Shown here: positions 1-12,274 of the stretch, in pieces
Position numbering within the stretch: the stretch's first letter is position 1
Layout: each line of letters opens with the position of its first letter
Source of the DNA: Macrostomum lignano
Lineage: Eukaryota
Direction: 5' to 3'
NCBI GenBank assembly: GCA_002269645.1
Contig: NIVC01002212.1
Span: forward strand, 13,784 to 77,783
Length of the DNA stretch: 64,000 bases
Position numbers and translations under genes: made by a program
Notes under the pieces: model-generated
What the model was told of the DNA's origin: nothing
The model's input: only the letters and a program-made list of their open reading frames with translations
The model's database searches: none

Positions 1-945
1 CAGTACAGTCCTACTGAAGGCAAATATATTTTAACAGGCCGAAACACACAGGCACTTTATCACCTGGCCACTGCTACCGCGACCTCAAATGACCCGCGAA
101 CAGAACTGGTTTATTGCCTTTTACAGCCCACGTCACTTGGGCAGATAAGAGTAAATAAAGCCGGCAGCCTATCAGTGCAACATCTGGGTGGAACGCTGTG
201 TATTTGCACTCACCGCTGCTAATACTATTACAGGCATTGCGGTAAGTAATAAATAATTAGTCTTCATTTAGTCAACTATTTTGCGGGCTAAAATTCTTAG
301 CCAGCCTACTTGCAGTAGGCGGGACGCGACTAACGGGAGAAAAGTGTGCAAACGGTACAATAGCTGTACGAAATCATTGTGCGGCAGACAAGCAAAAAGG
401 CAAATTGCGCGAGCCAATTTGAACGATCAGCGCTGAGGGGTATAGGATCCGGGTGACTCACCCAGCCCGTCACTGCAACACACTGCCCTTGCCCCATGCC
501 TGCACATGTGCCCGCCATTGATGAAGTGGAGAGGCTGAGGGAGGGGCGAGGGGATGAAGCGGATGCGATGAGCGGTGCGGCATCAGCTGAGCGGTGCGGC
601 GGCGGAGGCGGCTGCCGCAGAAATGGCAACTAGTGGAATGCAAGCGGGCTGTCAGAGGCTGTCAGATGCTGTCATATGCTGACAGGGTCTTTCACAGGTC
701 ACCCCAAGAGCTGTCGAGTCGACTGTCCGACACTCTGTTAAATGAGGAGAAGGTCGCGAGTTCGCGGCTTGTAAAAAATGTGATGGAAATCAGCATTAGT
801 TGACTCTTAGATCCCAGTAAAGATACTTTAGCTTAAATATCTAAGAAACCGACTCAACTGAAATATATAGAGAGTAAATCTACAGATCTAGATCCAAGAA
901 ACAATTTACAAGTAAGTTGTCCTTACTGTGTGTGCATAAAAAACA

Positions 946-1265
946 AAATCTACAGAATTCTGTATAGATCAATTGAACAAATCTACAGAATTCTGTATAG
1001 ATCAATTGAACAAATCTACAGAATGCTGTATAGATCAATTGAACAAATCTACAGAATTCTGTATAGATCTATAAACCAAATCTACAGAATTCTGTATGGA
1101 TCTATAAACCAAATCTACAGAATTCAGTGTAGATCAGTTAAACAAATCTACAGAATTCAGTGTAGATCAATTAAACAAATCTACAGAATTCTGTGTAGAT
1201 CTATAAACCAAATCTAAAGAATTCTGTGTAGATCTATAAACCAAATCTACAGGATTCTGTAGATC
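946..1265. repeat. ~33-bp minisatellite, ~9-10 copies
   Basis: Unit AAATCTACAGAATTCTGTATAGATCAATTGAAC and variants. It contains the 14-bp palindrome TACAGAATTCTGTA and explains the periodic ORF 930..1217. Confidence 0.9.
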
Positions 1266-1297
1266 TAGAGAAGACTAAATCCACAGCAACTTAGCTC

Positions 1298-4200
1298 TCA
1301 CTTTCTTCGCGACAGGAACATCTTCCGGAAGGTCTCCTTCACGGCGGTTCTCGGGGACGATTTTCGTCGCCTGCCGCCGCGCCCCGACAACGCCGTCGCA
1401 GGCGACGCTGCCCCCGTCGAAGAAGTCGCCACCGCGCCCGGCGCCGCTTGGTGCAGGGAGCCGCCCCCTATGGCCGAGCCGCCGCTGGCGATGACGTCAC
1501 CGGCTGAGCGGCTCCGGTCGCCGGGTCGAAGCCGGCGGGCGGTCTCCGGGCTGATCTGCAGACCGGAGGGGGTTCGAGTCGGGAGCTGGTTGAGGGGTAT
1601 CGCATTGCCATGGAAACCAACTTGGAAAACAGCAACAATGTGCCTGCGTTTGGTTACCATAGCAATAAACTTGGAACTCAGCAACACTTCAAGGTCATTC
1701 AACCAATCTCTACATTTGGTTACCATGGCAACCCACCTCGAAGACGACCACTCTGCTCCGGCTGCCGCTGGCCTCTTCTGGCGGGACAGAGCGGCACCGC
1801 TGCTGCTCCGGCTGCTCAGCCTGCTGCCCGGCGACCCGCCGCTGCGACCGCTTGAGGTGCCTGGGCGAGTCCCAGGGGTGGTGGGCCAGCGCCTCCGGCT
1901 GTGTGGAACGCCGGCGCTGCCGCGAGGACTGCCCGGCGCCCAGCAGGAAATGCTGCTGCTGCTGCTGCCGGTCGCCAAAGGAGGCGGCGGCTTCCTCGTC
2001 CACGGCAGCAGCCGTCGCTGCCGACGAGTCCCCTGCTGGCCAAGCGGTGGCCTCAGCCAGGGCGCCCTGAATGCTGCAGTTGAGCTGGTCAAGGAGACCC
2101 CGCAGGCGGTCGGTGGCGCGGGTCAGGTGGCCGAGGTCCGGGTGGCGCGGGTCGGTGCGGTCGGCCAGCTGGCGCAGCAGCAGCAGGTAGCGGGGCAGCC
2201 GCTGCACAGGGGTGAGCAGGAAGGCCGTGAGTTCGAGTCCCTCACAGTCCGGATGCCGCTGGAGGCTCAGCAGGAGGTCGCGAAATTTGCGCGACCGGCG
2301 TCTCAGACGGCGAACGCAGCGCATGGCGGCGCCGAACTGGGCAACGTAGCTGCGGTACAGCTGCAGCAGCCGGCGCTCGTGCCGCTGCAGGAACTGCTGG
2401 ACGGCCTGCGCCAGGCTGCACTGCGGCAGCGGCGGCTGGCGCTGCACTGAGCAGTCATCTGACTCCTCCAGGCTGCCGAGGAAGGCCGCGTGAATGTCGT
2501 AGAGGCGGGGCAGCGTGTTCGGGAAGATCAGGCTGCGGATGGGGCAGCGGGGGCGAAATGATGAGATGTTCTCAGCCATTACTGTGCTCATACAGCGATG
2601 GGTTCATTCTGTCACTCCGGACTCATCTCATTCTGTCACTCCGGAGTCAACTCATTCTGTCCCTCCGGTGTAATCTCATTTTGTCACTCCGGAGTAATCT
2701 CATTATGTCAATCCGGACCCCTCATTCTGTCACTCCGGAGTCATCTCATTCTATCACTCCGGAGTAATCTCATTCTATCACTCCGGAGTAATCTCATTCT
2801 GTCACTCCGGAGTCACCTCATTCTGTCACTCCGGACTCATCTCATTCTGTCACTCCGGAGTCATCTCATTCTGTCACTCCGGAGTCATCTCATTCTGTCA
2901 CTCCGGAGTCATCTCATTCTGTCACTCTAGAGTCATCTCATTATGTCACTCCGGAGTCACCTCATTCTGTCACTCCGGACTCATCTCATTCTGTCTCTCC
3001 GGAGTCATCTCATTCTGTCACTCTAGAGTCATCTCATTATGTCACTCCGGAGTCATCTCATTCTGTCACTCCGGACTCATCTCATTCTGTCTCTCCGGAG
3101 TCATCTCATTCTGTCTCTCCGGAGTCATCTCATTCTGTCACTCCGGAGTCATCTCATTCTGTCACTCTAGAGTCATCTCATTATGTCACTCCGGAGTCAT
3201 CTCATTCTGTCACTCTAGAGTCATCTCATTATGTCACTCCGGAGTAATCTCATTATGTTACTCCGGACTCATCTCATTCTGTCACTCCGGAGTCATCTCA
3301 TTCTATCTCTCCGGAGTCATCTCATTCTGTCTCTCCGGAGTCATCTCATTATGTCACTCCGGAGTCATCTCATTATGTCACTCCGGAGTAATCTCATTAT
3401 GTTACTCCGGACTAATCTCATTCTGTCAATCCGGAGTCATCTCATTCTATCTCTCCGGAGTCATCTCATTCTATCACTCCGGAGTAATCTCATTATGTTA
3501 CTCTGGACACCTCATTCTGTCAATCTGGACTTATCTCATTCTGTCACTCCAGAGTCACCTCATTCTGTCACTCCGGAGTCACCTCATTCTGTCACTCCGG
3601 ACTCATCTCATTCCGTCACTCCGGAGTTATTTCCTTCTGTCACTCCGGAGTCATCTCATTCTGTCACTCCGGAGTCACCCCATTCCGTCACTCCGGACTC
3701 ATCTCATTCTGTCACTCACCAGAGATCCCGAGTGCTGATGAAGGCGGCGGCCCTCAGCGAACCGCCAATCAGGTCAATGAGAGTCCACAGACAGGAGCAG
3801 TACTTGCGCTCCGTCTCCACGATCTCTTCGCACACTTTGCGGCGCTGGTCTACGGAAGAGGAATTGGATTGAATTGGATTGGACTGGATTGGATTGGGTT
3901 GGATTGAGTTTGATTGGATTGGATTGAGTTGGATTGGATTGGATTGGGTTGGGTTGGATTGGATTTGATTGGATTGGATTGGATTGGATTGGATTGGATT
4001 AGATTGGATTGGATTGGATTGGATTGGATTGGATTGGATTGGATTGGATTAGATTGGATTGGATTGGATTGGATTGGATTGGATTGGACTCACTCTCAAT
4101 GATTAGCCTCTCGTGCGGCGCAACGCGCCTCGCCAACTGATGCTGCTGTGTTCCCGAGTCCCAGCTGCGACACTGGTGAATCTCCGACTGCTGGTGCTGG

Positions 4201-5386
4201 TGCTGGTGCTGGTGCTGGTTCTGGTGCTGGTGCTGGTTCTGGTGCTGGTTCTGGTGCTGGTGCTGGTGCTGGTGCTGGTGCTGGTTCTGGTGCTGGTTCT
4301 GGTACTGGTGCTGGTGCTGGTGCTGGTCCTCGAGCTGGTCAGCGGCCCCAGCAACCGCAGCAGGACAGCCCTGTTCGCAGGCCCCATTGCTGACTGGCAT
4401 CTGAAAGGGCAGAAGAATCGCAGAAAAGCCTGACTGGCCGATCCATTTATTTTCGCAAGCCCAGCCGAAACCCCAGACTCCCGGGTCGTCAGTCACGCCT
4501 TTGGCCCAGCGACCATCTGCGGAAACCTTCATCGGTCCCTCTGAAAGTCCCTGCAGCCTCCTGTTTTCGTGCACTTTTTCAGCCCAGCTGGACGCCGCAT
4601 CGGGCGCTGCAACTCCTCACGGCCGCACTGACGCCGCCGCACTAATTACTCCCGGGCCAGGACAGGTCGGGCGGCGGATCCTTGATGGGGAATTTCCAGT
4701 TCAAATTCAATTTTCCACCTCGGATGTCAGCGCTGCTGTCTGTTTACCATTGAACAGAATCAGCGAGACTTGTGGAACCTGCCGTCTTCCATGGCGTTTG
4801 GAATATCTCATATTGGACAGATTGGAAATGCAGGTTCGCATGTCCCTGTCCCGCAGATTTTTTATGGCTGGCCTAACCGGATCCTAATATAATGCTTGGA
4901 ATTATCTCTGATAAATTCCTATTAGTTAATAAATTGACTTTCCTAATACCTCAATTTACATTTATTAAAACATCCGCGTGTAGTCCCTGATTCGCAGCAC
5001 ACAAATATTGATATCAAAAAGACATCCATAAAAACAAATCTAAAAAACTAAACTAATTGGAATCCCAGATTCAAACTAAGCATCCCAGATTCTAATCAGG
5101 AATCCCAGACCCCAATCAGGCATCTCAGATCCCAACCAGGCATCCCAGATCCCAATCAGGCATGCCAGATCCCAATCAGGCATCCCAGATCCCAATCAGG
5201 CATCCCAGATCCCAATCAGGCATCTCAGATCCCAGTCAGGCATCCCAAATCGCCACTGACCGCTGCCGTCTCCTCCGCCTCCTCCTCGCTGCTGCTGTCA
5301 ACGTGAGCGAACTGCTCCGCCAGCGCCAGGCTGAGCGTCAGGCTGCGCCGCGCCGACTCGGCGCCATCCCCGGCGCCGGCGCTCAT
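1298..5386 (-). CDS. Dbl-homology (DH) domain RhoGEF (ARHGEF-like), 5 exons, ~538 aa; the N-terminus may extend further upstream
   Basis: Exons 5386-5261, 4400-4094, 3849-3720, 2532-1737 and 1555-1298, all GT-AG with phases 0/1/2/0 joining in frame. DH motifs: QRRKVCEEIVETERKYCSCL, LIFPN..LYDIHAAFL, LELTAFLLTPVQRLPRYLLLLRQL..RTDPRHPD. Confidence 0.85.
1604..1732. promoter_or_regulatory. Three RFX X-box-like motifs in the last RhoGEF intron
   Basis: GTTACCATGGCAAC (1719-1732, consensus), GTTACCATAGCAAT (1653-1666) and ATTGCCATGGAAAC (1604-1617), all inside intron 1556-1736. Confidence 0.4.
2603..3716. repeat. 24-bp intronic minisatellite, ~46 copies
   Basis: Unit CTCATTCTGTCACTCCGGAGTCAT with the palindromic core ACTCCGGAGT. 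It fills the intron that splits the DH domain. Confidence 0.95.
3863..4087. repeat. (GGATT)n pentanucleotide microsatellite
   Basis: Directly visible; occupies almost all of the 244-nt intron 3850-4093. Confidence 0.95.
4190..4325 (-). repeat. Coding hexanucleotide repeat giving a poly(QH/QN) tract
   Basis: (TGCTGG/TTCTGG)n on the plus strand, inside predicted exon 4094-4400. Confidence 0.8.
5082..5248. repeat. 20-bp minisatellite, ~8 copies
   Basis: Unit CATCCCAGATCCCAATCAGG, in the first predicted RhoGEF intron. Confidence 0.9.
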
Positions 5387-6666
5387 CGCCGCAGAGGCGG
5401 ATCTGCCGCAGGCGGTCCGAAGTCGCGGCTCAGGCGGGTCGTTCGCAGCTGCCGAACTACAGCGGCCGGGAACTGGAAAAGATTTTCCAATGCAGACTGA
5501 ACGAGAGACAGCGGCGCCCGGCTGCAGCTTGCGGCCCCATGTTTATAACCCCCGTGCTGTGGGAGCGGAGCGCCCCCGGTGGCTTAAAGTGCGCATTCAT
5601 TGAGGAAAGGGATGGATGGAGAGGAATAGGGACGGATGGGGCGGCCTGCCTGGGACCGTCCGCAACTTCCCGCCCGGTGAGGGGAGCCGATGGAGGCAGG
5701 AAAGGTGGAATGCCGCAGCTGGGAGGGGGATAATCAGCGATGGATGCTGAGGTCGGGGCCGGAATGCCGCAGCTGGGGAAGTAGGGCGGTGGCTTGAAAA
5801 TTAGGAGCTAAAAATGCGACCAGTTCGGGGGCCAAGGAGCCACGGCATGCGCAGCAGATTACTGCTAGTAGGCATTTCGGTTGCTGAAGTTAATTTTACT
5901 CGTATTCGACAGGAAATTTCAAGTCCTCCCAATCTCCCATTCTCTCCCTGCATCTCCGCTTCCGAGTCGGATCACGTGACTCACTTGAGCGCCGCCTACG
6001 CCAGTCAAAGCCGGCTCGGTTTATGAATGCCGGGCTTTGGGATTTCCTGCCCCAACTCCTCACTGCCCGCATGCAGCCTCGCGCCCACTTCGCCCCGGGA
6101 TCCTCAAATGGGGATTACGTAACCCACTCCGGGGCAAGGGGGGAAGTTGACGAGTGGAGGACCGGGGAGTGCACGGGGATTCTGGACTGATAAACAAGAG
6201 GAAGCAAGGAGAGGCCCAAGTTTATTCGCGCAGCCTCCGGACTGCCGCAGAGCCATTAGCATTGAATCAATCAAAACAGTCTGAGGAGCCCCTCTCTCCG
6301 GCTTTGTTGGCCCGAGTCTGCTTTGGGGGATTTCTGCGGAGATCTGGGGACTAATATCAATAATAATATATTCTCTTGCAATAATTTCCCCTTGGCTTTC
6401 GCAGTCAGTCAGTCTGGGATTTCACTACAAATTCCTCTGGAACTTCTTCCCTCCGACCCCCGGCAGTGAATGAGTGGCCTGTCGGGCCCTCAGCTGTTGC
6501 CGATTCTTGCAGATTGCGTCACTGCTAATAAGTCAGAGGCATTTGCTGCATGCAGTTCCTCCTGCTGTCTGCTGGCTTGCCTGCTGCCTGTGCTGCCCCT
6601 GTCTCCAGCAGTTTATGCAACTTTCCTGGCACAATCTTGGCGTTGAAATTGCCAATACTCGTATGA

Positions 6667-8330
6667 ATGGGGATTTCTATCTGGGTTTAGCACACGGAAT
6701 CAGGATGGGGAGCAGATCCCAATGGGGATTTCTACCTGGGACTCACACACGGAATCAGGATAGGGAGCAGATCCCAATGGGGATTTCTACCTGGGACTCA
6801 CACACGGAATCAGAATGGGGAGCAGATCCCAATGGGGATTTCTACCTGGGACTCACACACGGAATCAGAATGGGGAGCAGATCCCAATGGGGATTTCTAC
6901 CTGGGACTCACACACGGAATCAGAATGGGGAGCAGATCCCAATGGGGATTTCTACCTGGGACTCACACACGGAATCAGAATGGGGAGCAGATCCCAATGG
7001 GGATTTCTACCTGGGACTCACACACGGAATCAGGATAGGGAGCAGATCACAATGAGGATTTCTACCTGGGACTCACACACGGAATCAGGATAGGGAGCAG
7101 ATCACAATGAGGATTTCTACCTGGGACTCACACACGGAATCAGGATAGGGAGCAGATCACAATGAGGATTTCTACCTGGGACTCACACACGGAATCAGGA
7201 TAGGGAGCAGATCCCAATGGGGATTTCTACCTGGGACTCACACACGGAATCAGGATGGGGAGCAGATCCCAATGGGGATTTCTACCTGGGACTCACACAC
7301 GGAATCAGGATAGGGAGCAGATCCCAATGGGGATTTCTACCTGGGACTCACACACGGAATCAGGATAGGGAGCAGATCCCAATGGGGATTTATACCTGGG
7401 ACTCACACACGAAATCAGGATAGGGAGCAGATCCCAATGGGGATTTCTACCTGGGACTCACACACGGAATCAGGATAGGGAGCAGATCCCAATGGGGATT
7501 TCTACCTGGGACTCACACACGGAATCAGGATAGGGAGCAGATCCCAATGGGGATTTCTACCTGGGACTCACACACGGAATCAGAATGGGGAGCAGATCCC
7601 AATGGGGATTTCTACCTGGGACTCACACACGGAATCAGAATGGGGAGCAGATCCCAATGGGGATTTCTACCTGGGACTCACACACGGAATCAGAATGGGG
7701 AGCAGATCCCAATGGGGATTTCTACCTGGGACTCACACACGGAATCAGAATGGGGAGCAGATCCCAATGGGGATTTTTACCTGGGACTCACACACGGAAT
7801 CAGGATAGGGAGCAGATCACAATGAGGATTTCTACCTGGGACTCACACACGGAATCAGGATAGGGAGCAGATCACAATGAGGATTTCTACCTGGGACTCA
7901 CACACGGAATCAGGATAGGGAGCAGATCACAATGAGGATTTCTACCTGGGACTCACACACGGAATCAGGATAGGGAGCAGATCCCAATGGGGATTTCTAC
8001 CTGGGACTCACACACGGAATCAGGATGGGGAACAGATCCCAATGGGGATTTCTACCTGGGACTCACACACGGAATCAGGATAGGGAGCAGATCCCAATGG
8101 GGATTTCTACCTGGGACTCACACACGGAATCAGGATAGGGAGCAGATCCCAATGGGGATTTATACCTGGGACTCACACACGAAATCAGGATAGGGAGCAG
8201 ATCCCAATGGGGATTTCTACCTGGGACTCACACACTGAATCAGGATAGGGAGCAGATCCCAATGGGGATTTCTACCTGGGACTCACACACGGAATCAGGA
8301 TAGGGAGCAGATCCCAATGGGGATTTCTAC
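6667..8330. repeat. 55-bp minisatellite, ~30 copies, with a 770-bp (14-unit) higher-order duplication
   Basis: Unit GGGAGCAGATCCCAATGGGGATTTCTACCTGGGACTCACACACGGAATCAGGATA. Rare variants recur at a 770-bp offset (7391 vs 8161). Confidence 0.95.
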
Positions 8331-8827
8331 CAGGAATTGAACGGTTCGCGCAGTGGCCTTGCAAAGCAGGGCGCAATGCAAATTCGAAGCCATAAAAGCA
8401 GACTGAGCGGCAGCCGAGTGCAACAGAATTAGTTCGAACTCCCAAGAAGCAAGCAAGCAGTTCCCAATCTTATTGGAACGGCCTGCGCACATCTGGAAGT
8501 TGTTGCCGCGATTTTCCTGCTTTTGCTAGGCAAATTCTCTCTTCTAGAAGAGAGAAACTCCAACAGCAGCGGGCCATCAATTTGCATTTGCGCAACGGGT
8601 GGCTCTCCAGCCAGATCCCATGGGATCTCTGGACCAACAGGGTTTCCGCCAGATTGGGAGGAAACCTCCGCACTTTTAATGGCATTTTTTCGAACTCGGG
8701 TCAGCTTTTGGGGAAATTTTTCTCTTGAGCAAGAAAACTTCCTCGTGTATTTAAACTGAATTTTTTATGGGGTTCCAGGCTTGAGCACTATTCTCCTGCC
8801 CCCAAAATTTGAACCCGTGACACCTGA

Positions 8828-8950
8828 GTTCACAATCCCCTGTGTTCACAATCCCCTGTGTTCACAATCCCCTGTGTTCACAATCCCCTGTGTTCACAAT
8901 CCCCTGTGTTCACAATCTCCCATGTTTACAATCACTCATGCTCACAATCC
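8828..8950. repeat. 16-bp minisatellite, ~6-7 copies
   Basis: Unit GTTCACAATCCCCTGT. Confidence 0.85.
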
Positions 8951-9324
8951 TTTGTTTAAAGTCCCCTAGATTGATAATCTCCTGTGTTCACGTCCCAAAA
9001 AATTCAGAACTCAGAGTGTTTATTATTCCACATTTTTCTGAAATCTCGAAACTTCTCAACCCCAAAAGAAACTTACCAGAGGTTTTCACTCCATCTGCAG
9101 CGCGGATTACAGTTGGTGAAAATGCCTCTTTGCGGTGGGAGGGCTCCAGCTCATGGTGGCTTGTGCTGAAAGTTGAAGACAGGGATTTCGGTACTTGCAG
9201 CACAGTCTGGACAGCCCAGACCTCGGACTTTCCCAGATCCTAACTTTTATAATTACAAATTGCATTTCATTCCCCCAAATGGTAAAACGGTAAAAGTAAC
9301 AAAAATCTGAATTCCTAAAGTTGA

Positions 9325-12274
9325 GGGTTTGTGAAGTGTAGGGTTTGTGAAGTGTAGAGTTTGTGAAGTGTAGGGTTTGTGAAGTGTAGGGTTTGTGAAG
9401 TGTAGGGTTTGTGAAGTGTAGGGTTTGTGAAGTGTAGGGTTTGTGAAGTGTAGGGTTTGTGAAGTGTAGGGTTTGTGAAGTGTAGGGTTTGTGAAGTGTA
9501 GGGTTTGTGAAGTGTAGAGTTTGTGAAGTGTAGGGTTTGTGAAGTGTAGGGTTTGTGAAGTGTAGGGTTTGTGAAGTGTAGGGTTTGTGAAGTGTAGGGT
9601 TTGTGAAGTGTAGGGTTTGTGAAGTGTAGGGTTTGTGAAGTGTAGAGTTTGTGAAGTGTAGGGTTTGTGAAGTGTAGGGTTTGTGAAGTTAAGGGTTTGT
9701 GAAGTGTGGGGTTTGTGAAGTGTAGAGTTTGTGAAGTGTAGGGTTTGTGAAGTGTAGGGTTTGTGAAGTGTAGGGTTTGTGAAGTGTAGGGTTTGTGAAG
9801 TGTAGGGTTTGTGAAGTGTAGGGTTTGTGAAGTGTAGGGTTTGTGAAGTGTAGGGTTTGTGAAGTGTAGGGTTTGTGAAGTGTAGGGTTTGTGAAGTGTA
9901 GAGTTTGTGAAGTGTAGGGTTTGTGAAGTGTAGGGTTTGTGAAGTGTAGGGTTTGTGAAGTGTAGGGTTTGTGAAGTGTAGGGTTTGTGAAGTGTAGGGT
10001 TTGTGAAGTGTAGACTTTGTGAAGTGTAGAGTTTGTGAAGTGTAGGGTTTGTGAAGTGTAGGGTTTGTGAAGTTAAGGGTTTGTGAAGTGTAGGGTTTGT
10101 GAAGTGTAGAGTTTGTGAAGTGTAGGGTTTGTGAAGTTAAGGGTTTGTGACGTGTAGAGTTTGTGAAGTGTAGGGTTTGTGAAGTGTAGGGTTTGTGAAG
10201 TGTAGGGTTTGTGAAGTGTAGGGTTTGTGAAGTGTAGGGTTTGTGAAGTGTAGGGTTTGTGAAGTGTAGGGTTTGTGAAGTGTAGGGTTTGTGAAGTGTA
10301 GGGTTTGTGAAGTGTAGAGTTTGTGAAGTGTAGGGTTTGTGAAGTGTAGGGTTTGTGAAGTTAAGGGTTTGTGAAGTGTAGAGTTTGTGAAGTGTAGGGT
10401 TTGTGAAGTTAAGGGTTTGTGACGTGTAGAGTTTGTGAAGTGTAGGGTTTGTGAAGTGTAGGGTTTGTGAAGTGTAGGGTTTGTGAAGTGTAGGGTTTGT
10501 GAAGTGTAGGGTTTGTGAAGTGTAGGGTTTGTGAAGTGTAGGGTTTGTGAAGTGTAGAGTTTGTGAAGTGTAGGGTTTGTGAAGTGTAGGGTTTGTGAAG
10601 TTAAGGGTTTGTGAAGTGTAGGGTTTGTGAAGTGTAGAGTTTGTGAAGTGTAGGGTTTGTGAAGTGTAGGGTTTGTGAAGTGTAGGGTTTGTGAAGTGTA
10701 GGGTTTGTGAAGTGTAGGGTTTGTGAAGTGTAGGGTTTGTGAAGTGTAGGGTTTGTGAAGTGTAGGGTTTGTGAAGTGTAGGGTTTGTGAAGTGTAGGGT
10801 TTGTGAAGTGTAGAGTTTGTGAAGTGTAGGGTTTGTGAAGTGTAGGGTTTGTGAAGTTAAGGGTTTGTGAAGTGTAGAGTTTGTGAAGTGTAGGGTTTGT
10901 GAAGTTAAGGGTTTGTGACGTGTAGAGTTTGTGAAGTGTAGGGTTTGTGAAGTGTAGGGTTTGTGAAGTGTAGAGTTTGTGAAGTGTAGGGTTTGTGAAG
11001 TGTAGGGTTTGTGAAGTGTAGAGTTTGTGAAGTGTAGGGTTTGTGAAGTGTAGGGTTTGTGACGTGTAGGGTTTCTGAAGTTAAGGGTTTGTGAAGTGTA
11101 GGGTTTGTGAAGTGTAGAGTTTGTGAAGTGTAGGGTTTGTGAAGTTAAGGGTTTGTGACGTGTAGAGTTTTTGAAGTGTAGGGTTTGTGAAGTGTAGGGT
11201 TTGTGAAGTGTAGAGTTTGTGAAGTGTAGGGTTTGTGAAGTTAAGGGTTTGTGATGTGTAGAGTTTGTGGAGTGTAGGGTTTGTGAAGTGTAGGGTTTGT
11301 GAAGTGTAGGGTTTGTGAAGTGTAGGGTTTGTGAAGTGTAGGGTTTCTGAAGTTAAGGGTTTGTGAAGTGTAGGGTTTGTGAAGTTAAGGGTTTGTGACG
11401 TGTAGGGTTTCTTAAGTTAAGGGTTTGTGAAGTGTAGGGTTTGTGAAGTGTAGGGTTTCTGAAGTTAAGGGTTTGTGAAGTGTAGGGTTTGTGAAGTGTA
11501 GGGTTTGTGAAGTGTAGGGTTTGTGAAGTTAAGGGTTTGTGACGTGTAGGGTTTGTGAAGTTAAGGGTTTGTGACGTGTAGAGTTTGTGGAGTGTAGGGT
11601 TTGTGAAGTGTAGGGTTTGTGAAGTGTAGGGTTTGTGAAGTGTAGGGTTTGTGAAGTGTAGGGTTTGTGAAGTGTAGGGTTTGTGAAGTGTAGGGTTTGT
11701 GAAGTGTAGGGTTTGTGAAGTTAAGGGTTTGTGACGTGTAGGGTTTCTGAAGTTAAGGGTTTGTGAAGTGTAGGGTTTGTGAAGTGTAGGGTTTGTGAAG
11801 TGTAGGGTTTGTGAAGTTAAGAGTTTGTGACGTGTAGGGTTTCTGAAGTTAAGGGTTTGTGAAGTGTAGGGTTTGTGAAGTGTAGGGTTTGTGAAGTGTA
11901 GGGTTTCTGAAGTTAAGGGTTTGTGAAGTGTAGGGTTTGTGAAGTTAAGGGTTTGTGACGTGTAGGGTTTCTTAAGTTAAGGGTTTGTGAAGTGTAGGGT
12001 TTGTGAAGTGTAGGGTTTGTGAAGTGTAGGGTTTGTGAAGTGTAGGGTTTGTGAAGTGTAGGGTTTGTGAAGTGTAGGGTTTGTGAAGTGTAGGGTTTGT
12101 GAAGTTAAGGGTTTGTGACGTGTAGGGTTTGTGAAGTTAAGGGTTTGTGACGTGTAGGGTTTCTTAAGTTAAGGGTTTGTGAAGTGTAGGGTTTGTGAAG
12201 TGTAGGGTTTCTGAAGTTAAGGGTTTGTGAAGTGTAGGGTTTGTGAAGTGTAGGGTTTGTGAAGTGTAGGGTTT
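9325..12274. repeat. 16-bp satellite, ~185 copies, with a telomere-like TAGGGTT core
   Basis: Unit GTGAAGTGTAGGGTTT, with variants GTGAAGTTAAGGGTTT, GTGACGTGTAGAGTTT and others. Confidence 0.97.

Noticed and set aside
9325-12274. True telomere or chromosome end
   Set aside because: The array is internal, flanked by unique sequence on both sides, and is not a (TTAGGG)n tract.
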